Below, piece by piece: positions 51,701 through 64,000 of a stretch of DNA of 64,000 nucleotides (positions are counted from its first letter, which is position 1; each line of letters starts with the position of its first letter). A program made the position numbers and the translations under genes. Location: contig OX597814.1 in assembly GCA_951406725.2 (NCBI GenBank), positions 209,870,001 through 209,934,000 on the forward strand, written 5' to 3'. The notes below the pieces were generated by a model. It searched no databases and was not told where the DNA came from. It saw only the letters and a list, made by a program, of their open reading frames with translations. The stretch comes from Octopus vulgaris (taxonomy: Eukaryota).

Positions 51701-54700
51701 CTTCACATCTTTCTTCTAAAGCAATTTCACGAGCTAAAAGGGAGAAAGAGAGAGAGAGAGAGATGTGCCGAGAATTCATCATTAGAATAACTGTCTTGCC
51801 ACGTCTGAGCTACCCGTCTTTTTGGCGGTTTTGCTAATATATCTCAGAATTACATTAATCTGTTTATTCAATATTTTAAAAAACTTTTGGGGTAGTGTTG
51901 AGAAAGATTTTTCTAGCGATTTCATCCAGATCGAACAACTGTGTAGTATCTTGGTTACTAGGCAGATTAGATTGCTGTCAAATGCGTAGCTATGAAAATA
52001 TTGTTCATTTTATACAACACCTACTAATATAAAATACCACATATCAATAAGAATTTAATGGTGCAAATACTTCTAAGTCTGTATATTGTTGGTGGTGAAC
52101 ATATTCAGCTTTCCTGAAGATAATACACATTAAATGGTAATTTGTTTTCAGGTAAATAGATAAGAGATTACTTGCATAAAATGTTAGAGAACTGAAATGA
52201 TGCTTTGACCTAATGTCTTTAGTTTTAGTTTCCTAAATTTATTGTAGAATCTTTCACAATTGTTGCAAACGTTTCGACTAGAGGTTCACGATTTATACGA
52301 CGTCTTTGAATTTCTTGTGCAACTATGCCTTACTTTGACCCGGTCACTAAATATTAATCTGAGAGTAACAATGCTGAAGACTGATATATTCTCCTAATAT
52401 TTATATATTCGAATAATATACTTTTGTATTCTCAAGCCTGCATAATACAGACTCATTTATTTCGTTTGATTTATAATTTCTGAGAGTAAATTTTACTTTC
52501 CGTATAATTTAAAGAGTAACTGCTTAAGGTGTTAATAACTTTCATTTGACAGGTGAAATGTCCTGGTGGATACGGTATTAGATTTTGTAATCGCACTTAG
52601 GATATTGCGTTGCCAGTTCATGAAGTACATTGTAACTCTCATTGTTGCTATACTGTGATATAAGTATATATGATATCGAATGTTGTCATAGAATGTTGTA
52701 CATTCCGACGTGATATGCACATATTACCAGCGACAAATTTCCTTCACATGCACGCCCGTGCGCTCATACAGACACACGCACAGACCATACACACACGCAC
52801 ACCTCACACACACGTTCAAAAATTCACATACGCACATACATTCACAATAACAAATAGCGGAAGAATCACTTTGAAGCATCATGCGTTTTATTATTTTTGC
52901 TCGCAGGTAGTTGACTGTAGATAGGATACCTGATTAAATACCGCAGTTTACTCTGTGTTTTAGAACAGTTGACATAAGATAAGATATCTTAGCATTTGTG
53001 CATTACTGTAACTAGAGACTAAAACGTAGCTAATCCCAGACGTTGCAGTCCGTCAAGTGACATGTCTACAGCGTCCATCTTAATTGTACTAATATCGCAG
53101 AGTTAAATGATTACCTACAAATTCTCAGACATTTCTATATAAGAGGCAAAGCTTCAGAAGCTAACGTGGTTGTAAACATGAATTATCGATCAGCAAACTT
53201 ATAATTGAAAAAATGTAGCAGGAGGTTTTCAACATGGCATTCATTGACTCACTGAAGAGTTTTAGGTAGTGGTCCTCAATGCGAGACTATGGCAATATTA
53301 GCCTTGAGACAGGTATCACCAATAATAAGTAGGTACCTAACATGTCATGTATAAAAGTGTGAGAAAAACTTAAGATATATAGAAAAATGGAAATTATGAA
53401 AATCAATTCTATTTCTACTACAAGAATATTTCTCCACTTCTTTCCTTCCTGGCATCCTCATCTTTAACTATTATGTTAGACTTGATTCAGGTGCAAATTA
53501 TATTGCAAGAGAGACAAATGTATCTTTTATATATAAGAAATAAATTAATGCATTTCGCTGTAGAATATAGACAAGTGGAAGCACAGTAACAGACAATACA
53601 CGAATTCATTAGAAGGTAACTTGATAGAGGAAGATTAATAAAACTTATTAATATATTCTCTTAGAGAAATAGAGTTCAGAAAATTAGGCCAAATATAAAC
53701 TTATATATATATATTCGGAATGAAATGAATAAACTAGCTAGAATTCAAAACACAAAAAATGAAACATTAGGGAAGAATATTATGGAAACATTACAAAACT
53801 ACTTAACATAGAGCTAAATGTCAAAGAACTGATAGACTTCAAGACTGCAAGAATTTCATTATTCATTAGTTGATGTAATAATCTAACTTGCCGCTAAGTG
53901 ATTTAGGAGCACTAAATAAGAAAAGAAAAAAAATTATAATGAGACCTATCAGTTTTTGTTCATATTTATTGAACTATAATATTGGCAAACATAATGAATT
54001 ATTTATCCAAGTAAAATCATAATCGCAAGATCTCGAGAAACATTATTCCAATGAATAATCCAGCTTTTCAACATGGAACTGATAGTCATGTTAAATAGTC
54101 TTGCTCACGTTATCTTCAAGAGTAATCGCCTAATATAGAATTCATGAAAATCATATAAAACTCATAAAATTACAATAATATGAATGTTGTGTCACTCGTA
54201 TATTTTTAGGATACGTGCGTTTGTCTTTAAATTTAAGCCGGTTGAGGATGCATCAAACTCTACTAGAGATACAACCCAAATCAATCCATTCTTTTGAAAG
54301 AAAATGGGGTGTGTATGTTAATCAAAAAGCATTATTGAATTGCATTCTCCTGCAGTTAGTTTTGGTCAAATGTTTCCAACGTGGAATCTGACAGTAATTG
54401 CTGAATGTAACTGGTCACTTTGAAAAGCCAGCTGCACGTTATAAACCATCTTAATTTATAACATCTGCGACTATGGGACATAGATATCCGTAGTGAAAGA
54501 AATATTGAATTATCTCTCTATACAGAAATTCTAGAAAAGTTTTGGTATAAATTTTAATGACATATAAAAGTAGAAACAGTGGACTAGTCTCTTAAACTCT
54601 ACGCCATATTAGAAGAAAAGTTACGTCAAGTTACTCTTAAACGTGACAAAACACACGATTGTACTCAATATACAAAAGACACAACAATATTTTAACTGAT

Positions 54701-54959
54701 ATATGAGATAAACTGTCAAGAAATCCTTCATAAACTTACGCACTAAACTCACATGAATATCAAAAAATATTAAATAAAACAAAACAGTTACAGAATGAAT
54801 GAAGGAATTAAAAAAAAGAAGGATCGAAAATATAAATAAATTATGGGAACTGAAAACCTCTATGAGCAATTCCGAAAAGAATTCATGAAACTGCAGACCT
54901 AAAAGCAGCTCTGGGGTTTGCAGCTGAAAACGGAGAATGGCATGAAACAATTGCTATCT

Positions 54960-55157
54960 TACATAACAAAAACACCAGGACTTACAAACACATATAACAT
55001 ACAGAAAATTGCACTACTAGGCACTGCACACATCCTACGCAGAACACTTTCCATACAATAACCAACAGAACATCACAACAAATCACAGCACATACTCAAG
55101 GCACACAGAGCTGCGCTCGGTAGTGAGTGAAAGCACGCTATAAATATAAAACTACTG

Positions 55158-55158
<1 letters not shown>
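54960..55158 (+). mobile_element. R4/Dong-like LINE 3' end, 5'-truncated, with (AAT)n tail
   Basis: YITKTPGLTNTYNIQKIALLGTAHILRRTLSIQ*, 3'UTR, then (AAT)n. Confidence 0.85.
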
Positions 55159-55845
<687 letters not shown>

Positions 55846-55869
55846 AATAATAATAATAATAATAATAAT

Positions 55870-56063
55870 AGACAACATTATCGATACCGACAGGTATATA
55901 TAAATTTCAGAAAACAGCGCCACTATGCACCGTACATATCCTACGCAAAACACTTTAAATATGGAGAAAATAAGAACACCACAACAAACCACAACAAATA
56001 CCCAAAGCACACAGAGCTGCGCTCGGTAGTGCAGTGAAAGCCCGTGATAAGATTATAATTACT

Positions 56064-56065
<2 letters not shown>
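55870..56065 (+). mobile_element. R4/Dong-like LINE 3' end, second copy
   Basis: FQKTAPLCTVHILRKTL plus the same 3'UTR gcacacagagctgcgctcggtagtg as ~55101-55125. Confidence 0.8.
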
Positions 56066-56440
<375 letters not shown>

Positions 56441-56449
56441 CTATCTAAA

Positions 56450-57672
56450 AAGATCTTCCAATGGGACTGCCTGTCCCCACTGATTTTTGTAATGTGCTTG
56501 ATACCACTGACACTGATTCTGAGGAAAGCAAAATTTAGGTATGTATTCAAAAGTCGCCACAAAAAGTCAACCATTTGCTATTCATAGATGACATCAAACT
56601 TTATGGTAAAGATGAAGCCCAAGTCAGTTCTTTCGTTGATACGGTGTATAACTTCAGTGCTGATATCAGAATGGAGATCGGACAGAGAAAGTGTGGTGTG
56701 TTAGTATTTAAAAGAGGCAAAATCAAATGTATAGGAATCAATACCGTCATGGGAGGTTATGAAGCAGATAGAAGAGACCGGCTGTAAGTACTTGGGGATT
56801 TTGGAAATGGATAAATTAATGGAGAAAGAAGTGACAGAAAAATTTAAGGTGGAGTACTTACGCAGACTGAGACTGATCATAAAGTCGAAATTAAACGGAA
56901 GGAATAAGATCGAGGCTATCAACACCTGGGCAGTTTCACTCCTTATCTATGGAGCAGGGGTAATCGCATGGACAGTAGACGAATTAAACAGCTTAGACAG
57001 AAAGACAAGGAAATCGCTAAATAGGTATGGGTCACTCCACCCAAAAAGTGACACAGAGGGAGAAGAGGACTTATTGGATGTGAACATAGCATTAGAGCAG
57101 AAGAAAACAACATAGCATGGTATGTAATAAATGCCACAGAACCGCTATTATTAGAACTCGGAAGACCAGGCTCGTGTAGGTTGAACGATTGCAAAGACAA
57201 AGCAGTATACATGAAATTGAATAGGTCCTATGTGATTTTATGAGTCAGTGGGACCATGAGATTGAGAATAGGAAGCCGGACATAGGAAGTCTTAATTGAG
57301 AAAGAAAACAAACTATGCTGGATCAGAGACATACCACGCCCAGTTGACAACAAGTTGTGCTATAAGGAAGAAAGAAAAAAGTCGAGAGATATGACAGGTT
57401 AGCTTGGGAAGTTAAGCAGTTGTGGTCGAGGAAAAAGGTCGCAGTAATACCAATATTTGTTGGAGCCCTGGAAACAGTGAGCAAAAATCTCGAGACGTAT
57501 GTAGAACAGATAGGGGTTGCAATACGGGTGGAACTCTTGCAGGAAGCAGCACTGCTTGGGACCGCTCGAATACTCCGGAAGGTGCTCGAAGAATAAGATG
57601 TGTAACCTTATTTAACTGGTAGTGATCAGCTGACGCTGTAGTACATCTCCAGCGTTAGAAGCTGTGCAAAGA
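56450..57672 (+). mobile_element. R4/Dong-like LINE, RT to RLE 3' part with deletions
   Basis: IFQWDCLSPLIF, HLLFIDDIKLY, KYLGILE, EYLRRLRLIIKSKLNGRNKIEAINTWAV, RKPD, VGALG, LQEAALLGTARILRKVLE*; followed by (AAC/AAT)n. Confidence 0.9.
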
Positions 57673-57750
57673 GAACAACAACGACAACAACAACAATAGC
57701 AAAAACAACAACAACAATGATAATAATAATAATAATAATAATCACTACGA

Positions 57751-57837
<87 letters not shown>

Positions 57838-57855
57838 CATAATCATTATTATTAC
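57673..57855. repeat. (AAC)n/(AAT)n followed by inverted (ATT)n
   Basis: direct reading. Confidence 0.9.
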
Positions 57856-58944
57856 TTTAATATAAAAGAAGAGAGTGCAGCAGAAACCGCCATGAGTTCT
57901 TGAAAAAATATCCTATAAAAATGATAATGCTAGAAATAGCAGCAATTCAGATGAATACCAACCATAGTAATATAGATGATAAAAATAATGATGACAATGA
58001 AAATAACGATGATGACAATGACGACGATGATGATGGTTGCAAAACAGCAAAACAACAAAGCAATAACAATGACGATATGAAAGTGACATTGCTGCTGAAT
58101 GTATTGCAGAACATTGATAGGAAAAACTCCTGGCAGCCAAAAATACGAAATAAACTATAATCTGAATGAAAATACAACGGTTCATTATATTAAATCCGTC
58201 TAGTGATGATATGTAAAGAAATGGCTCACAAAAATAAACACTCTACTGTGAAAATCTTTAACTCAATAATTGTAGCCAATAGACTCAGATACCTAAGAAA
58301 TTAGGAAACACAAAGAACACATTTAAAATCATATAACTTACAAATCTTCACAAATTTCTAGCCATTAGTTAACACACACACAAACACGCACACACTCTCA
58401 CACGCTCACAAATAGACGTGTTTTTGAGTGTATTCATATGCTTTGGAAATATAGACGGCACAGACCATTAACTGTTGTCATAAAATGAATTCCACATAAA
58501 TAATGTAATATGATATTTTTATGTTCAAAACCAATGCAGCTACTAACAAATAAGGTAGAGAGTCACACATGTGTAGGTTTGTGGAACAGCTTTGGAATAA
58601 TGTCTCATATTCGAACATTGTATTCGTTATGCGTGTATAGGTGGAAGCTAATATGTAATAGCAGTCACATCTCATCGATATCTATCGCTGCCGTTTTGAA
58701 ACAAGGATGCATTAACTAATGTGGGTTTAATTTCACTATTCTGAAAATTATGAGCAAAACACACGGCTGAAATATTTTTGATAATAAACTTGTTCGATCA
58801 GGGCTGACCAAGGACTTTACACCATCAGAGTAAAATAGAGTGAAACGCGTGGTAGCTATTCTGTAGCACAATGCCGGTTAACTGAGATGTAATTAGCTAT
58901 TTCGTTTTTGGATTTGGTATCAAGATTCTTTAAATGAGTTCGTG

Positions 58945-59176
58945 TGTTGAAGCATATTTTGTTGTGTCTGGGGAGAGTCATTTTCTTTTTGTGCCTTATA
59001 ATGTAACACACTCATCGATACGATAAAATTTCCATTTATTTCTTATTGAAAAGGTTGCAAGACGCAACGAAAATATTAGGAAAATAAAAATAAGAAATAG
59101 GTGGAAATTTTACCGGTGAGTGTGTTACAAAAAGAAAAATGACTCTCCCCAGACACAACAGAATATGCTATTAACA
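58945..59176. mobile_element. Penelope-type inverted-arm palindrome with HHR-like hairpin at the centre
   Basis: Arms 58945-59047 and 59089-59176; centre ttgaaaag gttgc-aagac-gcaac GAAA. Confidence 0.7.
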
Positions 59177-61261
59177 ATGGGAAATATAACCAAACTTTAT
59201 ATTTCTTCTTCTACTGTTACTGTAAATATTTTGCTACAGGGAATTGGCCAGCTACATCTTCATACAACTAAACGCACCCGTTGCCATTATCTCATTTTCC
59301 CGTTTCGTTATCTCATTTTTCAGGCAGTCTTCCAAAAACTGGCAACTGCAGACTCGGTCTGTTCAAACCTTAATTCTAGAATTACAGCGTTCTGAAACTC
59401 TTTCTGCCCATACATTCTTTATGAAACATCAACTTATAAATGTTTTACATAAACTGCATTAATTCTGCAGTCAACACATGAAGTATTAGTGTTCTCACCT
59501 CTGACTATTTACTTCCAATGAATAATTAAGCTATACATAATAATTAAGCTATACATATACATAATGAAATGAAGTTCTTTCACATTAAGCAATTTGAGTG
59601 ACTTTGCTCAAATCTTGATATTATCTTGTAGAACATTTTCGAATACTAGAGATAACAATGAAGTGTTTGTTTAAATATCAGGGATTAAAATTCACGTAGG
59701 ATTAATTGTTTACATATATATGTTGCATAAAATTTACACACTTACATATGTAACTACAAACATATACATACACAGTATTTTCTATGCTCTCGTACGATAC
59801 CGTGTAATATACACGAAAAGCAGAGAAATGTCCCAACCTTAAAAAAAATGAACAAAATTAAACAATACTTACTAACACTAACATCTAAGCGTATCCGTTA
59901 CATCCTCAATACAACACATTTCTCTGAATTTCCAAAAGTCTCAATATAAAAGAGACATAACAGAGAATGAAAATACCTCATGATTTTAAAAGACACAAAG
60001 AACTGTCAACCCTGTATGAATCGGGGAAAAAAATAATGAAATCGTATTCATAAAATTCAAAACAAATTTCAGAGCTGAAGACCAAATGAAACAATAGATG
60101 CAAGCAAAGAGTCTTTCAGAAATGAAAGAGGAACTTGCCCAAAATATAATTTTTGCAATTCTTGTTATCTGTGAGTAGAAATAAAAGACCAAAATTATTA
60201 CGTTAATAAACAATTAACAATAAAGATTTTTGCCAAAAAATACTTTAGATATTCAGAAAGAACAACCTTTAAAATTTTTGAATTTGAATAGAATTAGATC
60301 ACATTAAACAATATACGTAACGAGATGCCGAATACACTATGCTATAAAATTCAAGACTTAAATTTGCATCTGACGCACGAAAAGTTAACGTAAAGTATTA
60401 ATGTACATAAAATCAGTAGAAGAAATATATATGGTTAAAACAAAATATAAACATTCCCTTGCAAAGTGACAGCCGTTTACTATAAAAAACAAAATAACAG
60501 CTTCATCACGCGCTACTTTTACAAACCGTCAATTAACTTTTGATTGGTATGGTAGTTATCGAACGTATAGATACTTAGATTAAAGAAGACTGAATGTACA
60601 ATGAGCCTTATGGATAAAAGGATAAATAATTTGGAAGATAGTATTATTAGTAATATGATCGGTGAGCTACAAATTACATATACGTAAGATCTGATGCCGA
60701 GTAGCAACTGAATATATAACACACATTTATTAGTAATTTACGGACCACAAACCGGACACAAAAGACACAAATTATATTTTTATAACCAAGAGTAACTATA
60801 AAAATCGTCACCATCAAAAGTTTGGTCTGTTTATTTCTGCATCTATAATGACATGTTTATTTATTGGATAGAACAAACTTCGAGTAGGACATAAAATGTG
60901 GAAAGTAAACCGAATTTTTCCATGGATGACTTACGAGTTACGAAGAAGAGGAGATGCCTACAAAAGACATTTTAATGTAGTTTACAATTAATGAGAGGTG
61001 CAAGTGACACATAAATAAACAAATTTCTGAATTAAACAAGAGAAGAGTAATAGAATAAAGAAGTTGAAACGACTGATCAAAGTGTCAGAAAAAATCCAGG
61101 AAAATCTTTAACAATAATAAAAATAATTATATGGAGTTATATACGAGCCACACAAGAAGAGGGTGGTACGGCACTAAGTTTAAAATACAAGTTACATCCT
61201 CAAAATGTTTCAAAAATATACACAACTTTGAGGTGAAATGGAGAGTCAATGTAATCTTCAG

Positions 61262-61400
61262 CAGTACTTCATATTATCGCCTCAGAAGAGATTAAAAGGA
61301 TGGTTGATACCGACGTTATTTGGACTCAAAACATAGGGAAGAGAAAAAATGACCACAGGTTACTTAGCCTAACGCTCTAAAGACTCGGCCAGCTCGCCGC
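61262..61400 (-). mobile_element. SINE family D, very diverged
   Basis: ...aacgctctaaagactcggccagctcgccgc head end. Confidence 0.6.
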
Positions 61401-62549
61401 ATTCTGAAAAGTAGATATATAATTTAATGTAATAGGAAATATATCCAACATTATAAGGTACATATTGAATAAGCAAATAGTAATTTCTTTGAGGCAAAAA
61501 GCCAAGGTTTCAAAATATGCTATTGAATTATATAGGTTTACTCTAGTACTTTATTTACTGTCTTTGAAGGAACGTCAATGAAAGTCTATTTATTTTAGAG
61601 GGATCTGATCTCAGTAGCTACATTTAGAGGCGAACTCCTTCACGTTAAATTCTAAATAATATCGAGTAAGATATTAAGAAATATGAAGCATAAAAGCGAT
61701 ACAAAAATACCAACGAAAAGTTACTATTGGATGGATTAACTTTACGTCTTGGAAAAATATCAATACAAACTGACTCTAGGCTAAGCTGCAACTATATGAC
61801 AAAGTTTCTTCTGAAAGAAAATAATAGAAACGGTATATGCAATGAACCATGTTCGGTAGATGCTAAAATCAAAACGCAAGACATATAAGAAGCTACTTCT
61901 TAGGCGTCTTTGAAAAAACTACATCTCTTGTGGACTAACCTGCAGAACCAACGTCGCATCGCATTGAGTTTCAAAAATTATTCTATGGCTATTTCAGCTA
62001 AGTTAGTATGATGCTTCTCTCTACAAACTTACCTGTAAACATCTGAATTTCCTATTCTCTTTACAATCAAAATACACCATCTAAAGCATTTTATTAAATT
62101 ATTTGCTGAAATCTTCCTCTCCCAAAACTTAACTTGTTTTAGATTACCTAAACAGAACTATAGATATTACTGATAATTCAAGATGTACATTAACGTTGCC
62201 CATTTATTCTTGTTTAAGATGACATGATGCAATTATATTTACTGAAACGTTCCGCAAACTTTATAAAAATCTCAACGTATACGCGTTATTCAAGAAAACT
62301 ATATAAAATTTAACCACATTTTGTTGAAAGTTCTATATGTTATAAGATGATATAATGTCACGAAGGAGGTAAATAGCACTTTAGTCAGACTACCCCTGAG
62401 TGTCTAATAATACCTTGGTTTAAAAAGGATAATCTCATTATGAAAATATAATATGGAATATTTTAATTTATTTCTAAAATTAACGTGCTATGAAGCAGTT
62501 ATTAGATAAAAAGAAAATATGTTGAAAGAAAAAATATTAATATATATAA

Positions 62550-62960
62550 AGGACTTCAAAATAAAATTTACATTGAAGGATTTCAGGAAGATCCTCAACA
62601 GTACGATGAAGAATATCAGGAGAAATGCTCACGAAATTCATTACCAGCATATTAAGATACCTTCACAGATTCTCAAAAGAGATAATGTCAAGTTGTCAAG
62701 TTGTGCTTTCTTAATGTAATACAACGAATTTCTAATCTATAATTAGAAATCTCTATACATGGGAGAACTATCATCTCACCAATATGTATGTGAAGAGAAA
62801 AAGTTATTTCAAAATATATCCAAGAATAACTGTTATGGAAATATAGCTTCCAGTTATAAATACAAGAAAACATGTTCAAAATTAAAACATTCAACGGACT
62901 AATTTCAATATTCGGAACTATAATTATTCTCATATTCAGCATTAAACTCCCAGTGATAAA
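62550..62960 (+). pseudogene. Decayed LINE RT N-terminal relic (I/Jockey-like)
   Basis: FTLKDFRKIL...EIHYQHIK (cf. PGPD.IHY..IK). Confidence 0.35.
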
Positions 62961-63093
62961 ATGATTGTAAATGTTAGTGACTAATAACTATTTTACATAT
63001 ATAGAGTAAATAACTATACAAAGAATCATTACTATAGTACAATGTATAAAATTTAGAACTCACACTATAAACCAACCTGAGCAGAGTACTACT

Positions 63094-63553
63094 ATATAGT
63101 TCTATATTTAAGACATGACGTATTATGTACACTATGTACATTATTTACATTTGACGTATATTTGTCCTCATCTTGTTTGTTGTTAACACCATAGGCATAT
63201 GGCGTAGTGGTTAAGAGCGTGGGCTACTAACCCCAAGATGCGGAGTTCGATTCCAAGCAGTGACCTGAATAATAATAATAGTAATAGTAATAATAATGAT
63301 AATAACATTGAAAAATACCTTAGGAATGAGAACCTAGGTTAGAAATTTCCCCAAGACACCTGATGATGGCTGGAGGTATATCAGCCGAAACGACAAAGAC
63401 AAAACCAAAATTTACATATTGTTGATGGTATTTAATTACCTACAGGTGAATTTCTGTAAGTAAGGATTAGGTGTGATCACAGAGTAGTTCATAAACAAAA
63501 CAAGAAACAAGATGAGCAAAAATATCCGTCAAATGTAAATATTGTACTATTAT
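63094..63553 (+). mobile_element. tRNA-head/(AAT)n/hammerhead element, copy 2, with inverted tail arm 63094-63189
   Basis: A box TGGCGTAGTGG (63200-63210), B box GAGTTCGATTCC (63243-63254), (AAT)n, HHR 63355-63392, tail resumes ~63495-63553. Confidence 0.85.
63355..63392 (+). ncRNA. Minimal hammerhead motif, interrupted just before the cleavage triplet
   Basis: gacac CTGATGA t ggctg-gaggtatat-cagcc GAAACG then unrelated sequence. Confidence 0.75.
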
Positions 63554-63945
63554 GAACGTAAATTGTAGCCTAGCTGACTGCATACAAAGCTGTGGGTACT
63601 TGCACGAATACATGCAGACTCATACAAATATATAACTATATGTAAGAGAATAGGTACGATCAGACAGATCGATTTGAATCCTTACATTGGAATTCCATCA
63701 GAAACTAAATTACCTCTTGAACTACAAAAATATTGTCTATAAAACTACTCCTAATAAGTACATCAGTAAATTGTGTAGACTGATTTGCATGCAGTAACAC
63801 TCTTTGGCGGCTGTATCGATAAGTTGATGATACATATCAGATATGATAATCTGATAGCTATAGAATAAATTTATCTTAAAGCTATAGACTGTACTAAGGT
63901 AGACGAAAATAAGAATCAACTAATCAGCTTTAAATCTTTATTTTA

Positions 63946-64000
63946 GGTACAGAATCGTTAGGATGCCGGGCGAAATGATTAGTGGTATTTCGTCTGCCGT
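63946..64000 (+). mobile_element. SINE family D 5' end, cut by the window edge
   Basis: cagaatcgttaggatgccgggcgaaatg...tatttcgtctgccgt. Confidence 0.75.

Noticed and set aside
63193-63267. Possible tRNA gene (also 38352-38428 and other SINE heads)
   Set aside because: Acceptor stem does not pair properly and there is no downstream T-run; these are tRNA-derived element heads

Overview
Eukaryotic, very AT-rich, repeat-dense, essentially non-coding DNA (intergenic or inside a very large intron). The SINE repertoire and microsatellite load look like an octopod cephalopod (inference). I cannot support any intact host protein-coding gene; most ORFs in the track are microsatellite or SINE artefacts. 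The window holds several tRNA-derived SINE families with exchanged head/tail modules, a deleted mariner, mariner and hAT MITEs, a Helitron with a decayed Pif1 helicase plus a non-autonomous Helitron, a Gypsy integrase/LTR relic, R4/Dong-like LINE pieces clustered in (AAT)n, CR1-like relics and Penelope-like (GIY-YIG) relics. The most notable signal is a dispersed set of type I hammerhead-ribozyme (HHR) motifs in non-coding elements with Penelope-style inverted arms. These include a canonical HHR in a ~320-bp palindrome (40302-40623) and two copies of an element built as tRNA head + (AAT)n + HHR + tail (37458-38502, 63094-63553). In one copy the inverted arm begins at the predicted cleavage site. 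All coordinates and folds were read by eye; no searches were run.
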